Positions 1-14,114 of a stretch of DNA of 64,000 bases are shown here, in pieces. Source of the stretch: Octopus bimaculoides (Eukaryota); assembly GCF_001194135.2 (NCBI RefSeq), contig NC_068989.1:32710792-32774791 (forward strand). The letters run 5' to 3'. The translations under genes and the position numbers were made by a program. Position 1 is the stretch's first letter. Each line of letters starts with the position of its first letter. The notes below the pieces were generated by a model. The model saw only the letters and a program-made list of their open reading frames with translations. It was not told the DNA's origin and ran no database searches.

Positions 1-2450
1 CACCCTCCCCAGCTACTAACTTGGTCACCTAGATAACGGAAGCTATCAACTACTTGTAGTTTTTCTCCCTGGAATGTGGAAGAAGTTGTTTTCTGTACAT
101 TTTCAGTGTTTATTGNNNNNNNNNNNNNNNNNNNNNNNNNNNNNNNNNNNNNNNNNNNNNNNNNNNNNNNNNNNNNNNNNNNNNNNNNNNNNNNNNNNNN
201 NNNNNNNNNNNNNNNNNNNNNNNNNNNNNCCTCTACCCGGAATTCTTCACTATACTCATTGCCAACCCTCACCTTACTGACAGCGTCCCTGTACATGGCT
301 CACACAGCTCTCATTAACCATTCATCTATCCCTAGTTTCCTCATTGACCACCAGATAAGGGAACAGGGGACCTTGTCAAAGGCTTTCTCCATGTCAACAA
401 AAGCCAGGTACAGAGGTTTATCTTTGGCTAGGTATTTCTCCTGCAGCTGTCTTGCCAGAAATATACCATCAGTGGTGCTTCTCCCTGGCACGAACCCAAA
501 CTGCATCTCATCTAAACTGACTCTCTCCCTAATTTGTTGGGCTATGACCCTCTCAGTGACCTTCATTACCTGGTCCAACAACTTGATACCTCTATAATTG
601 TTTGTTTAAAGCATCACCTTTACCTTTGTAGCAGTTGACTATGGTGCTGCTACACCAGTCTTTCGGTATGACTCTTTTGTGTATCACCTGATTAACTATA
701 CGGGTGACTAGGCTATAGCCAACACTGCCAGATATTTTGAGCATCTCTGCAGTGATTCCTGACGGGTCGGGAGCTTTCCCTGTCTTCATACTCTTGATTG
801 CTTTATCTACCATGGTACTGTCAACTCGGATAGCTGGTCCCTCTTTTGGGTCGACATTCGACAGACTCTCTTTCTCCCATTCATTCTCTTTATTGANNNN
901 NNNNNNTTCCCTGTCTTCATACTCTTGATTGCTTTATCTACCATGGTACTGTCAACTCGGATAGCTGGTCCCTCTTTTGGGTCGACATTCGACAGACTCT
1001 CTTTCTCCCATTCATTCTCTTTATTGAGCAACCTTTTATAGTGGCGTTTCCAAACCTCTCTCTTTGCAGCCTCGTTTAGTGCAAGTGAACCATCATCCAT
1101 GCAGACACATTTCTCTCCTACAACACCACTATTCTCTCTCACACACTGTCTTGCAACACAAAATACCTCAGGTCTTTGGTCCTCACAGCATAGAACATTG
1201 GCAAATTTTTTCTTATCTGCTTCCCTTCTGGCTAAATAAACTTGTCGCCTAGCTTCCCTTCTGGCAGTCTGATGCAAATCCCTGCTACCACCGTTCTTCC
1301 AGTCCTTCCAAGCCTGTATCTTTTGTCTAATAACCCTGTCAACAACATTGTTCCACCACCATGTTATTTTGGGTCGAGAGGGGACTTTGCACCATCCACA
1401 GATCCGGTAATGGCCCTCAGCAGGTTGTCCCATAGAAACCTCCAGTTGTCTTCTACATTGTGTGAAGCTATATCCCCTTCTATTTCGTCAAAAGCTTCGA
1501 GTAATACATCTTTAAATCTCTCTCCATTCGTAGGATCTTTAAGCTTCCAGACCCTTCTCCTCCATGCTGGTCGTCTTCTGGGCAACCAATTAGCCCTGAT
1601 CCTGAAGTCACTAACTACTAGTCTATGTTGTGGGGTACATTCTTCGCTTGGGAAGGTTTTGGCATTCATAAGCATCCATCTTTCCCTATTCCTGGCGAGG
1701 ATGTAGTCAATTTAGCTAGTGTGTCTGCCAGAATGGTAGGTGACGAGGTGACAGGCAGTTTTCCTGAAGTTAGTATTGCAAACCATAAGGTCATTTGCAT
1801 CGCAGAACTCCAGCAGCCTGGTTCCCTCCTTATTGCAGGAACCAAAACCATAGCCTCCATGTACGCCATGGAAGCCCCCTGTATGTTGTCCAACATGTCT
1901 ATTGAAGTCACCAGCCACGAAGAGAAGGTCCCTGTCATTCGTCAATGAGGTAGTCTGCAAGAGGGTGTCATAAAATCGGTCTTTCTGTCTATCGGGTAGC
2001 CCCGGCTGAGGGGCATAGGCCGGGATAATGGTTGCTAACCCATGATGAAGGACTAATCTAATCTTAAGTATTCTATCGCATACTCTGACTACCTCAATTA
2101 CCTTATCCACCCATTTCTCCGTAAGAAGTACACCCACGCCCCCAAACCTGTCTGTGTTCCCTGTCCAGAAAATCTTGTACCTGTGTTCTTTGCCTGTGAG
2201 GAACCTAGCCTAGCCTCCTCTCCACCTTACTTCTTGGAGGTAGCAGATATCGACACATCTCCGTTGAAGCATCTCAACAATCTCACCAGACCTACCTTTC
2301 AGTGTGCCGATGTTGAGAGTGCCAACCCTGAGTGTGTGGGAGGTATGGGCCCGTGAGACCCTGGGACGGGGAACAGCAGCGTCAAGTACCTGAAAAGAAA
2401 GCTCGCATTTGGCAGAATTCATAAACAAGCAGTAGCCTTCAATTCAACCT
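1..2450 (-). mobile_element. RTE-clade LINE, decayed: APE endonuclease plus most of the RT
   Basis: Frameshifted ORFs with LRVGTLNIGTL, QEVRW, AGDFN, HRLVVSDF (endonuclease) and YKGKGDA, QFGFVPGRSTTDGIF, DMEKAFDKV, YLGDQVS (RT). Confidence 0.93.
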
Positions 2451-2696
2451 GCATACACTACACTATCATATTTTTGCACTATATGATCACTACCTTACAT
2501 TGGAGGAGATAAACCCTAAGTATGGGTGGGGGTGGCGCAAAGCCTTTAGAAGTGTTCATGGGAGACAGCCCAAGGATGGGAGAGGATAGGAGCTTCCGGA
2601 ACTGGTAAAGAGGATAGGAACTTCCGGTACTGGTGGAGGAGGTGGGAGGGCGGGTGCACCACGGGCATACTGAAGCAGAGGTATTAAGATAGAGTA

Positions 2697-3447
2697 GGGG
2701 AATTGGGGTGCGTACGTTAGTTTATAGTCCTGGCGAAGCGAGAGGTAATTGAAAGAGGGAGAGGGAGAGAGAGAGATTGATAGAGACAGAGTAAGGCAGA
2801 GGGTTAATGGCCAGAACACGAGGGAAGGAGAGCGAGAGAGAGAGAGAAAGATATTCTTTTGAGATTTGTGTAGCATAGTTTAACGAGACAGCGAATGTTG
2901 ATAATAGTAATATAGAATTGAAAAATCTGAGAGTTTTCGGTTAGCTAATCTAAGACATTACGGAGATGTACTTGCATAGCAAGTGACCTGATCTGTAATC
3001 TAAGACAGAATTATAAAAATTTGTGACTGTGTGATAAACTTGAATAACTGAATGAATTTGACGACATGATAATGGACAACTGAAATGAATTTGACGACAT
3101 GGTAAATGAAATAGACAGAATAGTGAAAGCACTAAGTAAGGTGTTATGAATCAGCACATAAATAGAAAGGTATGAACGATGTCGAAAAGACAGAAAAACT
3201 TATCTGGACATTATTCATTCTCAGAGGTTCGTATTTCTTCGGCAGAGATTCTAAGATTGAGTGGGGGGAATCGGGGTGCATACATTAGTTTATAGTCCTG
3301 GTGGAGCGAGAGGTAATCGAGAGAGGGAGAGAGAGAGATCGAGAGAGACAGAGTAAGGCAAAGAAAGGGGTTAGAGTTAATGGCCAGAACACGAGGAAGA
3401 AAGAGAGAGAGAGATATTCTTTTGGGATTTGTGTAGCATAGTTTAAC
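2697..3447. repeat. Diverged ~185-bp direct repeat (2697-2884 and 3265-3447), GA-rich
   Basis: Both copies share ttagtttatagtcctgg, gagaggtaat, gagacagagtaaggca, gttaatggccagaacacgagg and gatttgtgtagcatagtttaac. Confidence 0.85.
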
Positions 3448-3826
3448 AAGCAAAGAGGTAAAATGCATTTTATACATTTAGACACTATAAAGATACTACA
3501 ATTCATCCAATGGATTCTGAATGTTATTAGTGATGGTTTCGCAATAACAGTGAGGGCCATCAACACAAAACTTCAGGTGTTGGAGTGGACTATTAGAACT
3601 GTGGTGCATTGGGTCATTTGATACAAGCATGTTCTGAGACAAGGCTGATTTATGTCCACAGAGACACAGGCAAATTGTTTGATCCATGTCAAGTGGTTAC
3701 TTAACAATGTTAAGCATGAATGTCAGTTGATCTTTATGATCATGTAACACCAAACTCGTGGCCGTTAAGCTCACCAGATTTAAATTGCATGGACTACTAT
3801 ACATACATATATATAGTACATATATA

Positions 3827-3868
<42 letters not shown>

Positions 3869-3870
3869 TG

Positions 3871-4207
3871 CTGCTGAGACCCCCGTTGTTCATGACTGAC
3901 CATGGGATTGCACCTAGAAAGTTACCCTCCCAGGCACAAGTCCAGGCAAGGTTGTTTATGGAAGACCAGTAGTCGCCCATGCATACTGGCCTCCCCTCTC
4001 CATGCCATCAGTGTTATCCAAGGGAAAGGCAAAGGCCAATACAACTTGGCACCTGTGACATCGCAACTCATTTCTACAGCTGCTTGAATTGGAGCAACGT
4101 GAAACACAACACGCAGATTGTGAAGAACACAACACACAGCCCTGTCTGGGATTCGAACTCACAACCTCATGATTGTAAGCTCAACGCTCTAACCACTGAG
4201 CTATGTG
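3871..4207 (-). mobile_element. tRNA-derived SINE
   Basis: Minus strand carries A box TAGCTCAGTGGTTAGAGC and B box GTTCGAATCC followed by a SINE body. Confidence 0.75.
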
Positions 4208-4538
4208 TAGTTGTATGGTAAGAAGTTTGCTTCTCAACTAATTGGTTCCAGATTCAGTTCCACTGTGTGACACCTTGGGCAAGTGTCTTCTACTATAACC
4301 TCTGGCTGACCAAATCCTTGTGAGTGGATTTGGTATATGGAAACCGAGAGAAGCCTATCTTATATATCATCATCATCATCATCATCATCATCCTTTAACG
4401 TCCGACTTGACTGAGGACTGGTGAAACCGGATGGCAACACCAGGCTCCAATCTAAATTTGGCAGAGTTTCTACAGCTGGATGCCCTTCATATATATANNN
4501 NNNNNNNNNNNNNNNNNNNNNNNNNNNNNNNNNNNNNN

Positions 4539-4569
<31 letters not shown>

Positions 4570-4782
4570 GTGTGTTTGTGTATGTATTTGTCCCCCATCA
4601 CCGTTTGAGAACTGGTATTGGTATGTTTACGTCACTTTACCTTACAGGTCTGGTAATAGAATAAGTACCAGGCTTTACAAAAACAAAAAATAACAAGTAC
4701 TAAGGTTGACAAGTTTGATTAAAATTTTTCAAGTTGGTGCCCCAGCATGGCCACAATTTAATGACTGAAACAAGTAAAAGAT
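4207..4782 (+). mobile_element. tRNA/CORE-type SINE interrupted by an RTE 3'-end fragment and (TA)n
   Basis: caccttgggcaagtgtcttctactata core and gactgaaacaagtaaaag end, shared with 53692-54050. Confidence 0.75.
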
Positions 4783-5439
4783 ATATGTGTACACACATGC
4801 ACACACACACAGACACACACCATACCCGTTGAGATATAAGGTACTCTTTTTTCTATTTTTAAATATATTAAAAAATTGCTTTGTGTCTAATGCAGCCATA
4901 TTATGGATAGGAGACTAAGTGTGGGATAGGCTAGCTAGGTATCTGGATGAGTATAAATCCAGTTGGCACAATAATTGTCACTTATAATAAAATATTGAAA
5001 ACAAGCCTAAATATCATAGTCTATCATTGCTTATTCATCTTGTTATGTGGAGAGCTTACATCATTTCATTTTTACCTCTATTCTCACCTGACATGTGTCT
5101 TACATTATTTAATGGCTGTGTTACATTTAAGAAACATTTCTAATGAAAACTTCTAGAAAAATGAATGAAATGTTAACAAACTTTCAGCTACCTGTCAGCT
5201 ATTTGCAATGAGTGGATGACAAAAAATCATAGTGGTGTTGGGCTACCTAGGTGACCAATAATGGTTACATAAAATATCAGAGCCTGAAATATAAGTTGTA
5301 TATACTGTATGACAGTTCTCTTGATAAAAATCAAAAAAACTCTGCAGTTGATTTAAAAGAAGATAAAACTGAGATGCAATCTCATAATATAGTTTATTTA
5401 TTAGTTGCTTAAATAGGACTGCACACAAATGTCAAGTAA

Positions 5440-6050
5440 ATGGAATACATGTATTTCAACCAATCAAGTGATACTGAACTGTTTGCTTTGAGCAGTTCGA
5501 AATTGATTGTTATTGAAGACTTCAAGCACTTAGGTGGCAGGGTGAGCTGTTTGGAAGCAGACATCAAGATCAGGAAGACACAAGCAAAGACAGCCTGTCA
5601 CAAACTAAAGATCTGGAACTCCAAATTGCCCAAGCAAATCAAAATCAAGCTGTTCAGTGCAACTGTTGAATCAGTGCTATTATATGGCAGTGAAATACGG
5701 ACGCTGACACAAATTATCAAACAGGCTAAATGGATACTACAAAGGTAATAAATGTGAAATAGTAGCAACACATGACAAATGAATGACTTTACAGAGTCCT
5801 GCCGGACATTAGTGAGAAGATCAGACAAAGACAGCTACAACTATCTGGTCACTGTGTGCACCACCATAAATTAGAAGCATCCAAATTAGTCTCGTGGAAC
5901 TCACTTCATGGTGATGTAAGAAGAAGAAACCATCATCTCACTTAGATTGACAACTTGATTGCAGACACTGGTCTGGAATGTATCCAGTCTCAAGGCAGTA
6001 ATGATGAACTGAAAAGTGTGACTGGTAGACTTTGTTGCTGTGGCCTAGGT
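5440..6050 (+). mobile_element. RTE-type LINE RT C-terminal fragment
   Basis: EDFKHLG...KIWNSK...IKIKLFSATVESVLLYGSE. Confidence 0.75.
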
Positions 6051-6296
6051 TGGAACCCAGTCATAATAATAATAATTATTATTATTGATTATTTCATATT
6101 TCATTCTAGTATACTGTCACAACATTGTATTTACATGAACAGCATCAGTATTTTTTCCAAAAAGATCCACTTTACAATATTTTTCAGCAAGTGTATGACG
6201 AAGCACTAAATTTGTTTCTCCACAAAATATGCTTCTAAAATAGGAGTGCCTCCTATGTAAGAATGCATCTTATATATGGTGTGTGTGTGTGTGTAT

Positions 6297-6374
<78 letters not shown>

Positions 6375-6376
<2 letters not shown>

Positions 6377-6672
6377 TGGTGATCCTGCCAGTGTTGGTGC
6401 CATGTAAAAAGCATCCAGCCCACATTGTAAAGTGGTTGGCATTTGGAAGGGCATCCAGCTGTAAAAACCATGCCAAAACTGACCTCGCCTGTGCTTGTGC
6501 CATGTAAAAAGCACTTTTTTCCACTCTGCTTGGTGGTTGGTGTTAGGAAGGGCATCCAGTTCTAAAAACTATCAAAACACACAGAAGCTCCTGCCTTGTT
6601 AGTTCCTGTCAAACCATCCAACCCATGCCAGCATGGAAGGTGGACATTAAAGATGATGATGATGATGATGAT
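6375..6672 (+). mobile_element. RTE-family 3' end with (GAT)n tail
   Basis: ggttggcattaggaagggcatccagct-type unit twice, then ccaacccatgccagcatggaag...ggacattaaagatgatgat; many similar copies in the window. Confidence 0.75.
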
Positions 6673-6999
6673 TGTGTGTGTGTGTGTGTGTTGTAAAGTT
6701 CCAGCCTGTGCCAGTAAACCCATATGTGAAACCATCTTAGTTGAAGGAACAGCAGTGAAAGTGGTAGACAAGTTTCTTGCTCCTTGGATGATGAAATATC
6801 TTTAAGGTTATCAGAAGGCAACTGATTCTTTTAGGGTTCTTGAGTTTCATGTCTGATTCCAGTATGGCATCACAAGGTAAACAAAAGTTGCTGTGTACCA
6901 TGCATGTGTGCTGACATCACTTCTTTACTCACATGAGACATGAACCCTTTACTGGCATCATGTAAGTGTCCTTAAATGCTTCCATCAGAGATTTGTGAG

Positions 7000-7400
7000 A
7001 TACATTCTGAATGTTGGCAGGTTCTTGTGAACTCTAGACACAGAGGTCTTGAGGGGAGCCAATCTCCTGAGCATCGGGACAATGATGCACAAGTATTGTT
7101 TATGTTTGACTGGACACCTTATTTGGATGAATGATTGGAGGATCTTTAAACGGATGCTATATGGTGATCTTGTGGAAAGTGCTCCCAGTGGAAATCAATA
7201 CTATAATTTAAGGATTGTGTGAAGTCCTTTTGAAGGTATGTGAAATATGGGAGCTCCATGGAGAAAGCAATACTCATCATCACCACCGATTGAGTAAATA
7301 AGTAATGGAAGGAGTGTGTATTTTTCATGCAGAATTTAACCAAGCTGCTCAAAGATGCACTACCACTATAGTGAATGGGGGAGAGAAGCTAGAACAACAA
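7000..7400 (+). mobile_element. Old RTE-type LINE C-terminal fragment
   Basis: Translates to WTGHL-like ...WMNDWRIFKRMLYGDL...FKDCVK. Confidence 0.55.
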
Positions 7401-7557
7401 TATCTGTGGATATTTATATTTATCAAGAGGTGGGCCCATTAGTTTCCAAAGTATATATTTGACTGAGTGTAACAATGTTTTTGATGGTCAGTAATGGTCT
7501 TCCTCAGATATGAGTAGATGATCATCATGTATAAATAAATACGTGTGTATGTAAATA

Positions 7558-7588
<31 letters not shown>

Positions 7589-7598
7589 NNNNNNNNNN

Positions 7599-7652
<54 letters not shown>

Positions 7653-9014
7653 GTACACAACCCATCATTTTATGCACAGAATAAGTAATATTTTTGCTTT
7701 ATTGAAATATAGGTATATATTCAAGAAAGAAATATGAAGATAGGTAAAGCAACGTTTGAATAAAAGCAACATTTAACAGAACAAAATACATATTAGTTTT
7801 TAACTTTTTTTTATTTCTCTATACAGCATTATATACAACATTCAACAGATTGGAAATGTTGACAATCAAACAATGTCTGTGTAGCCAACATTTTTTGTGT
7901 ATATAATACCTGCACCATGCCCTTGATGTAGCAAATTGACATTGACCAGCAAAATCATTTATGTGCAAAGGATCCCCCAACTCCACTGAGAGCAACATAC
8001 AACTGACCATTTGCGAACACTGTAGTAAGGAGATAATTGCCACTTTTTGGTAAGCTTTGCCCTTAACTTTTTTATTTATTGACATAGTGGATGCAGATCT
8101 GACAGCAAATTGATGCCATCTTTAAGTGAAAAGAAAATCTGTATCAGGTGGCTGCAGATTGGTATGGAGAATCAGGAATGTATGTTCTGCATCAAATCCA
8201 ATAATTTTATTTGCTTTTATGAAAGTGACAGTTACAGAGTTCTTGAAAATGGCTGTCAGAAATTAATCATTCAATTATCTTTCTGAAAGAATAGAAGGGA
8301 AGGAACTGAAGTGGACAGATAGTGCCTGAGAATCTGGGTTATTTGTGTGTTGGGGAGAAAGAAAGAAGGAAAGAAACAAAATGAGTGGAAAAAAAGTGAG
8401 AAAAAGTGGGGAAAAAGAAAAAGAGTGAGGGGATGGAGAGAAAAACAGACGAAAAGAATGAGTTGAGAGAGAATAGAAAAAGTGGTAATGAAATAGAAAA
8501 ATAAAGATAGCACAAGCAGTTAGGTAAATAATCTGTGCAACATTAACAAAACAGACAATCAATACAAGATTTGCACACAATCAGCCTAAGTTATTCTAAT
8601 GACAGTAGCTAATAGTTATCCAGTTAATAACTATAACACAGAAGGTATATTCAAGATATAATCTATATATATAAACATAACTAAATAAAAGTCAGTATCG
8701 TTAAAAGGTGACAAAGTCAATCACAGTGTATTCTCCATTTACATAATTTAGGTATACATTATTTGGTATGTGTTGGCACAAGTAAACTCTTTCGATACCA
8801 TCCTGCCTGAGCCCACCTGCAGTCCTATTATACAAGTTTCCTTCATTAAAGCAATCTTAATTAAAGTCTTTCATCAAAATTTCATATTGATTTATTTTCT
8901 GAACACCAGCTAAATAATGACAATGAATTAATTTTGAAAATAGTGAAGAATTTTTTAAAACAACAAAGGCAGTGTATTTCATTAAAAATATAATAATTAT
9001 TTCTACTCTAGATA

Positions 9015-9215
9015 CAAGGCCTCGAAAATTTTGGTGGGAAGAGGGCTAGTCAATTACATCAACTCCAGTGCGTAACTGGTACTTATTTCATCAACCCTGA
9101 AAGGATGAAAGGCAAAGTCAACTTTGGCGAAATTTGAACTCAGAATGTAGTGGCAGATGAAATACTGCTAAGCATTTCACCTGGCATGCTAATGATTCTG
9201 CCAGCTCACTGCCTT
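9015..9215 (-). mobile_element. Nin-domain-like tRNA SINE (other copies at 15340-15540, 17490-17800, 30440-30570, 43100-43240)
   Basis: ggtacttattt..a.cc.gaaaggatgaaaggcaaagtcaac...gaatttgaactcagaa; B box GTTCAAAT on the minus strand. Confidence 0.65.
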
Positions 9216-9779
9216 CATTAAAACTATAATGATGAAAGGGTAAAGGTAATAGAGTGAATATTATGAAGAAAAAGAACTCAAAGAGGGAGCTTATTAAGCT
9301 TCAACTGGCAAGAGCTAATTGACATATATCATAACAATTTAAATTCTTTCTAATACAATATTGCTGAAAGGTTCATCAAGCTGTGTTTGCAACAAATCCT
9401 CATTCGTGTGACAAACATGTGTGACAAACATTTGTGTGACAAACTTCTCGTATTGGCTTGTAGTGTTTTTAAAGCCTTTTTGTTACATAATCTACAAGCT
9501 TGTCTATTTCCATTATATCACACAGTTGAAGTAATTTAAGTGAATAATTCTTGAAGTTCTCTTGAAGTTTATGGAATTGTATGATGTCAATAATTGAATT
9601 AAATCAAATATTCATAGATTTTGGATTAAAAATATATTCTAGAGAAAATGAAATTTTGATGTTGGGATTGTGTGGCATTCATTGACTTGAAAAGGTATTT
9701 GAAAGGGTAACATATTCAGTGTGAGAGCTACGCAAATCATGTACTAAGATGCCCCACTCTCTCTTCTCCTTCTCCTGCA

Positions 9780-10290
9780 CTTCCCTCAGGCTGGGTTTCC
9801 ATGTATTTCCTTTGCAGTAGCGCACCTGTTTCTCTCTCTCTCTCTCTCTCTCTCCCTCTCTCTCTCAGGGTAACCTTGTACTTCCTCTACAGCAAGGCAC
9901 CTGTTTCTGCCTCACTATAACCTTTCATCATCCGACACAAGATCAACTCTTCCAGTGTCCCCTCCCCTCTTGGAAGTTTTTTTTTTGTCATGCGAGTACT
10001 TGGTGGCCCTGTCAGTGCAGGTGGTATTTAAAAGCACCCAGTTCACACTGTAAACTGATTGGCATTTGGAAGGGCATTCAGCTGTAAAAACCTTGCCAAA
10101 ACTGACCTTGCCTGTGCTTGTGCCACGTTAAAAGCACTAAGTCCACTCTGCTGAGTGGTTGGCGTTAGGAAGGGCATCCAGTTGTAAAAATCCTACCAAA
10201 TCAGTCACAGAAGTCTGGTGCAGGTTTCTGCCTGGCCGGCTCTTGTCAAACTGTCGCACCCAAGCTAGTATGAAAGGCGGACGTTAAACA
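9780..10290 (+). mobile_element. RTE-family 3' UTR with (GAT)n tail
   Basis: Same repeat family as 6375-6672 and 58400-59740, ending ggacgttaaacaatgatgatgat. Confidence 0.75.
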
Positions 10291-12770
10291 ATGATGATGA
10301 TGATGATATAAGTAAAGTGAGAATCAACAGTGATTCAGTATTCATATTAAGTATGTGAATGGTGTTTGCTACCTATATTTGTATAGCTTCTATAGTCTGT
10401 CATAAGGTTGAGTTTGGATATCTGGAAAGAAACTTTACTTCAACAATATTTATATAGCCATTGTGTTTCTGTATGGCACATGGGTAGAGCACAGATGTTT
10501 GTTTCTTTTCGTTGTACTCTCTCCAATATTCTGCAATTCTTTCACATTGATTGTCTGATGTCTGTCCTATTATTATCATCATCATCATCATCATCATTTA
10601 ATGTCTATGTTCCATACTGGCATGAGGTGGATTATTTGACAGGATCTAATGTGTCCAGGGACTGCATTGAGCATGTTTTCTATGGCTGGATGCCCTTCTT
10701 AACACCAACTACTTTACAGCCTGAACTGTGTGCTTTTTTCATGCAAACTACACTTTTAAGGTCACCATGCAGTTTACAGGACTACAAGCCCTGGGATACC
10801 AGCTTCATGCTAGGGGATGAGGAGATTACTAAGAGAGAAGGGGATATATCAGATTCCTGCAGAGGTACCTGCATTGCTACTCACATCTAATGAAGATAAA
10901 ATTGGGTGGGGTGGGGAGAAAATGATGAATAGGAGTTGCAAGAACATAGATAATGGTGATAAGGTGCCCAGATGATCCCACAATGCTCAAGCTGAGTAGA
11001 AGTGAGTGGGTGGATGATCTGCATGAGTGTAAGTGAATGAGGGGTGGGGAGGAAAACTGCCAAAATGGGTAGGTTGAAAGGTGGATGAGACAAGAGCCAT
11101 AACCTGGAGAAGATAGAGGGATGCAAAAGTGTGATGGAGTGGAGTGAGAAGCAGGAGTAGAAAGATGATAGAGTTGCTGGAGGAGTGGGGGGGGGGAAGA
11201 GGCAGTCATAATGCATGAAGGGGAATCACTATAATGGATGGAGAACCCAAAATATAGCACTTCCAGAACTCATTTTTGCTGAGGAGGACAACTCCTTGAG
11301 AACCTCATACTGCTAGAGATCCCAGTCCTGTGTCATCACAATTTTGGGCTCAGAGTCCTGAGGTCAGGTTTCACCACTTCATCCCATATCTTCCTGAGTC
11401 TTCCTTTTCTGCAGGTTCCAGCCAGATTAAGTAAATAACACTTAGGATATAAAACTTTTTCAAGTTTTTATAATCATTATGTTAATAACTACTTCACACA
11501 CTATCACACTATCACTATCATGTTCAGCTATTTAGCATGTCATGTGTATCCTTATGATTTTCTCTCATTCATGGTCTGTTATAATTGATAGCACTAATGT
11601 TGCTTTACACAGTACTCTACCTATTATATACATTTTAAGACTTCTGGAATGACATTCTGCACCCATATTCATCTGCTATCATCTGTTGGATTGGTTTGCT
11701 GATGATATAAGTTTTTGGAACAGGTATTTGAAAATTGGATGTCTTTCCTGGCCAACCACTAACTGTGATTTATGTATAGTACAAGTTATATCTGTTGATT
11801 ATGACTTTTACCTAGATATACGTATTTCATACTGTTTGAATCAAAAACTGATTTCTATGCGTCTTCCCTTTGTTTCAAACTTCCCATTTAGTTGTACAGT
11901 TCTATATAGAGAATCAAGTCATTTGCACCAAAGACATTTGGCATTCAGCTCTGTATATTGTTGGTAAGAAAATAGAACTATTGAAAATGAACTGAGAGTA
12001 GTCTTTTTGAACACTTATTTGAACCTTAAATTCCTCAGTGAATGAGTTGTTACTCTTGAGTCTATTTCTAGCATCCCTTACACATGGCTTTGAAATCTTT
12101 TGAAACAGTTATCTATCCCTAACTCCCCCATCACTCACCAAATTACAGGTAAAGGTAACTATACAGGTAAAGATAATTATATGTATGCTGCTTTTGTGAG
12201 TTTCAAAAAATTTTTCCTTAATGAAAATATTATGTTTTGGCCTTCTGTATGATGGTAGACAGCAATCATTCCACAAGTCCTGTGTTTGCTTCTTGTGCTG
12301 TTAAACATTATTGGATATTTTTCATGCCCTGGAGTCAGTTTTGACATTGATTTTTGTTTTGTTTAGAATTTGTGAACTTACAGCAATTATAATAAATCTG
12401 ACCAAACTCTTTTTTTTTCCATACAACATAATACCAAAAGAAAAAAAGCCAAAGTGCATTATACATGCTATGTATTTCTTCTGTAATTTCACTGTCCATC
12501 ATTGATGGCATGTATTACATTCAAGTATGTATTACACATGAACAAATATGATAGCTATTTGTAGGTTGTAACTGAATTATTGCAATCTACATTGATCTAA
12601 GTAAAGTCAGAAGAGAGGAGAAATAAAGTAATACTTCCATGTAAAGGAAATTAAATATAAAATGGTAATGATATCCTTCAAATATAGTCAGGTTAATATA
12701 TTAAATAAAGTTTTTACCCTCTTAAACTAATTAGGATTTGACTTGTATAAAATTATCAATTTTTTTCCAG

Positions 12771-12838
12771 GGTGTACCAAGTTCAGCTCTTCGAGAAATT
12801 TGTCTACTAAAAGAATTAAAGCATAAGAATATTGTTCG
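12771..12838 (+). CDS. CDK5: CDK5 coding exon (68 nt; GVPSSALREICLLKELKHKNIVR); first exon visible in the window
   Basis: ttttttccag acceptor, GT donor at 12839; encodes the CDK5-diagnostic PSSALRE helix; same size as human exon 3. Confidence 0.97.
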
Positions 12839-13089
12839 GTATGTATTTAAATTCAATATCTTTCTGTTCTAAATATTGTTAAATCTTCATTCTTTTATTG
12901 TACATTGTTGTCTTTGGACTAGTGTCCTCATTTATTGTAGTCACAATGTTTTCATTGTTGTGCCCACTTCAGCTTTCTTAAAGTGCCTGTTATATTCAGT
13001 AACAATACTAGAATTTCAAACTGAGCTCTTTATTCAGTTTACAAGGATATATTGTTCTCATTTTGTTGTCCATACCAAAGATATTCTTT

Positions 13090-13870
13090 TACTTGTGGTG
13101 TTGTGTAGCAGTATTATAGTTAACTGTTACAAAGATAAAGGAGATGCCCTAGAGAGAAGTAATCATGTAGGTATCACACTACTGGACCAGATTATGAAAG
13201 TATTAGCTCAATTAATTTGGAAGAGAGTTAACCCTTTAGCATTCTGATTAGTCTATAAATTATGTATCATTTTGTAATTTCAAGATTTTAATGATGTGAT
13301 TGTATATTTTTGGAATGACATTGTAGGGGTAGTGTGAGAAGTCAGATCTGGCCAGTTTGGACATAAAACAGGTAGAATATTTGGGCTCGTTATGGCCAAT
13401 TTAAATGCTAACGGGTTAAACTAAATTACATGCAGTTTGCTTTAGTGCAAGAGAGAAATACTACTGATGCTCTCTTTCTAGTAAGGCTTACTGCATGAGA
13501 AGTATTTTGCTCTGCTTGGCTTTCATCTATCTAAAGAAAGTCTTCAGCTGAGTATTTCACTCTCTGATCAGGTGAGAGCCACTCAAACCATGTACTGGGG
13601 TCCTGTTAGTAAGATTAGAGTTTGCAAAGAGTGCACCTAAGCTTTTAGTATGCAGGTATTTCACCAGGGCTCAGCTCTCAGTTCCTTCCTTTTTATAAGA
13701 GTCAATCATAGCATGACAGAGTATGTTAAGACTGATTGCCCATGGGAACTCCTCTATACTGATTACTTCACTCTTATAGAGGAATCTGTAGCAGAATGAG
13801 AAAAGAAATTCCAGGTATGGAGGCAAAACCTGGAATCAAAGTTATCTTAGCAATGACCAAAATTCTAATA
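13090..13870 (+). mobile_element. Decayed RTE RT fragments split by a MITE
   Basis: CSSIIVNCYKDKGDAL...GITLLDQIMKV, then HQGSALS and PWELLY remnants. Confidence 0.7.
13232..13415. mobile_element. piggyBac-like MITE
   Basis: TTAA on both sides (13228-13231, 13416-13419); TIR ccctttagcatt / aatgctaacggg; second copy at 26960-27179. Confidence 0.8.
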
Positions 13871-13910
13871 AGCAGGAAAGCAGAAAAACCATCGCCTTAA
13901 CATATATGTA

Positions 13911-14114
13911 TGAGGGCGTACAGAAAAGTTTCTGGCTTTAAGGGTATCGTGAAAAGCCTAGTTGGAAGCTCAACCTTTCAAGTTCTTTTATAAGGAAAAC
14001 TGAAAGACTGCTGCAATATGTGTGTGAATCTGAGAGGGTAACATGTTGAATAAATTAACTGATCCTCCTGTATTTTCTTTTATCCAAAGCCAGAAACTTT
14101 TTATCATCCCCTCA
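13911..14114. mobile_element. Tc1/mariner-like MITE
   Basis: TA flanks; ~29-bp imperfect TIR tgagggcgtacagaaaagtttctggcttt / aaagccagaaactttttatcatcccctca. Confidence 0.8.

Noticed and set aside
776-1026. Exact ~120-bp tandem duplication in the RTE
   Set aside because: Identical copies flank a 10-N gap; this is typical of a contig-overlap assembly artefact
7819-8085. 88-aa minus-strand ORF and a plus-strand acceptor-like site, considered for the missing CDK5 exons
   Set aside because: No similarity to MQKYEKLEKIGEGTYGTVFK or to any family I recognise; all three plus frames after the acceptor-like site hit stops
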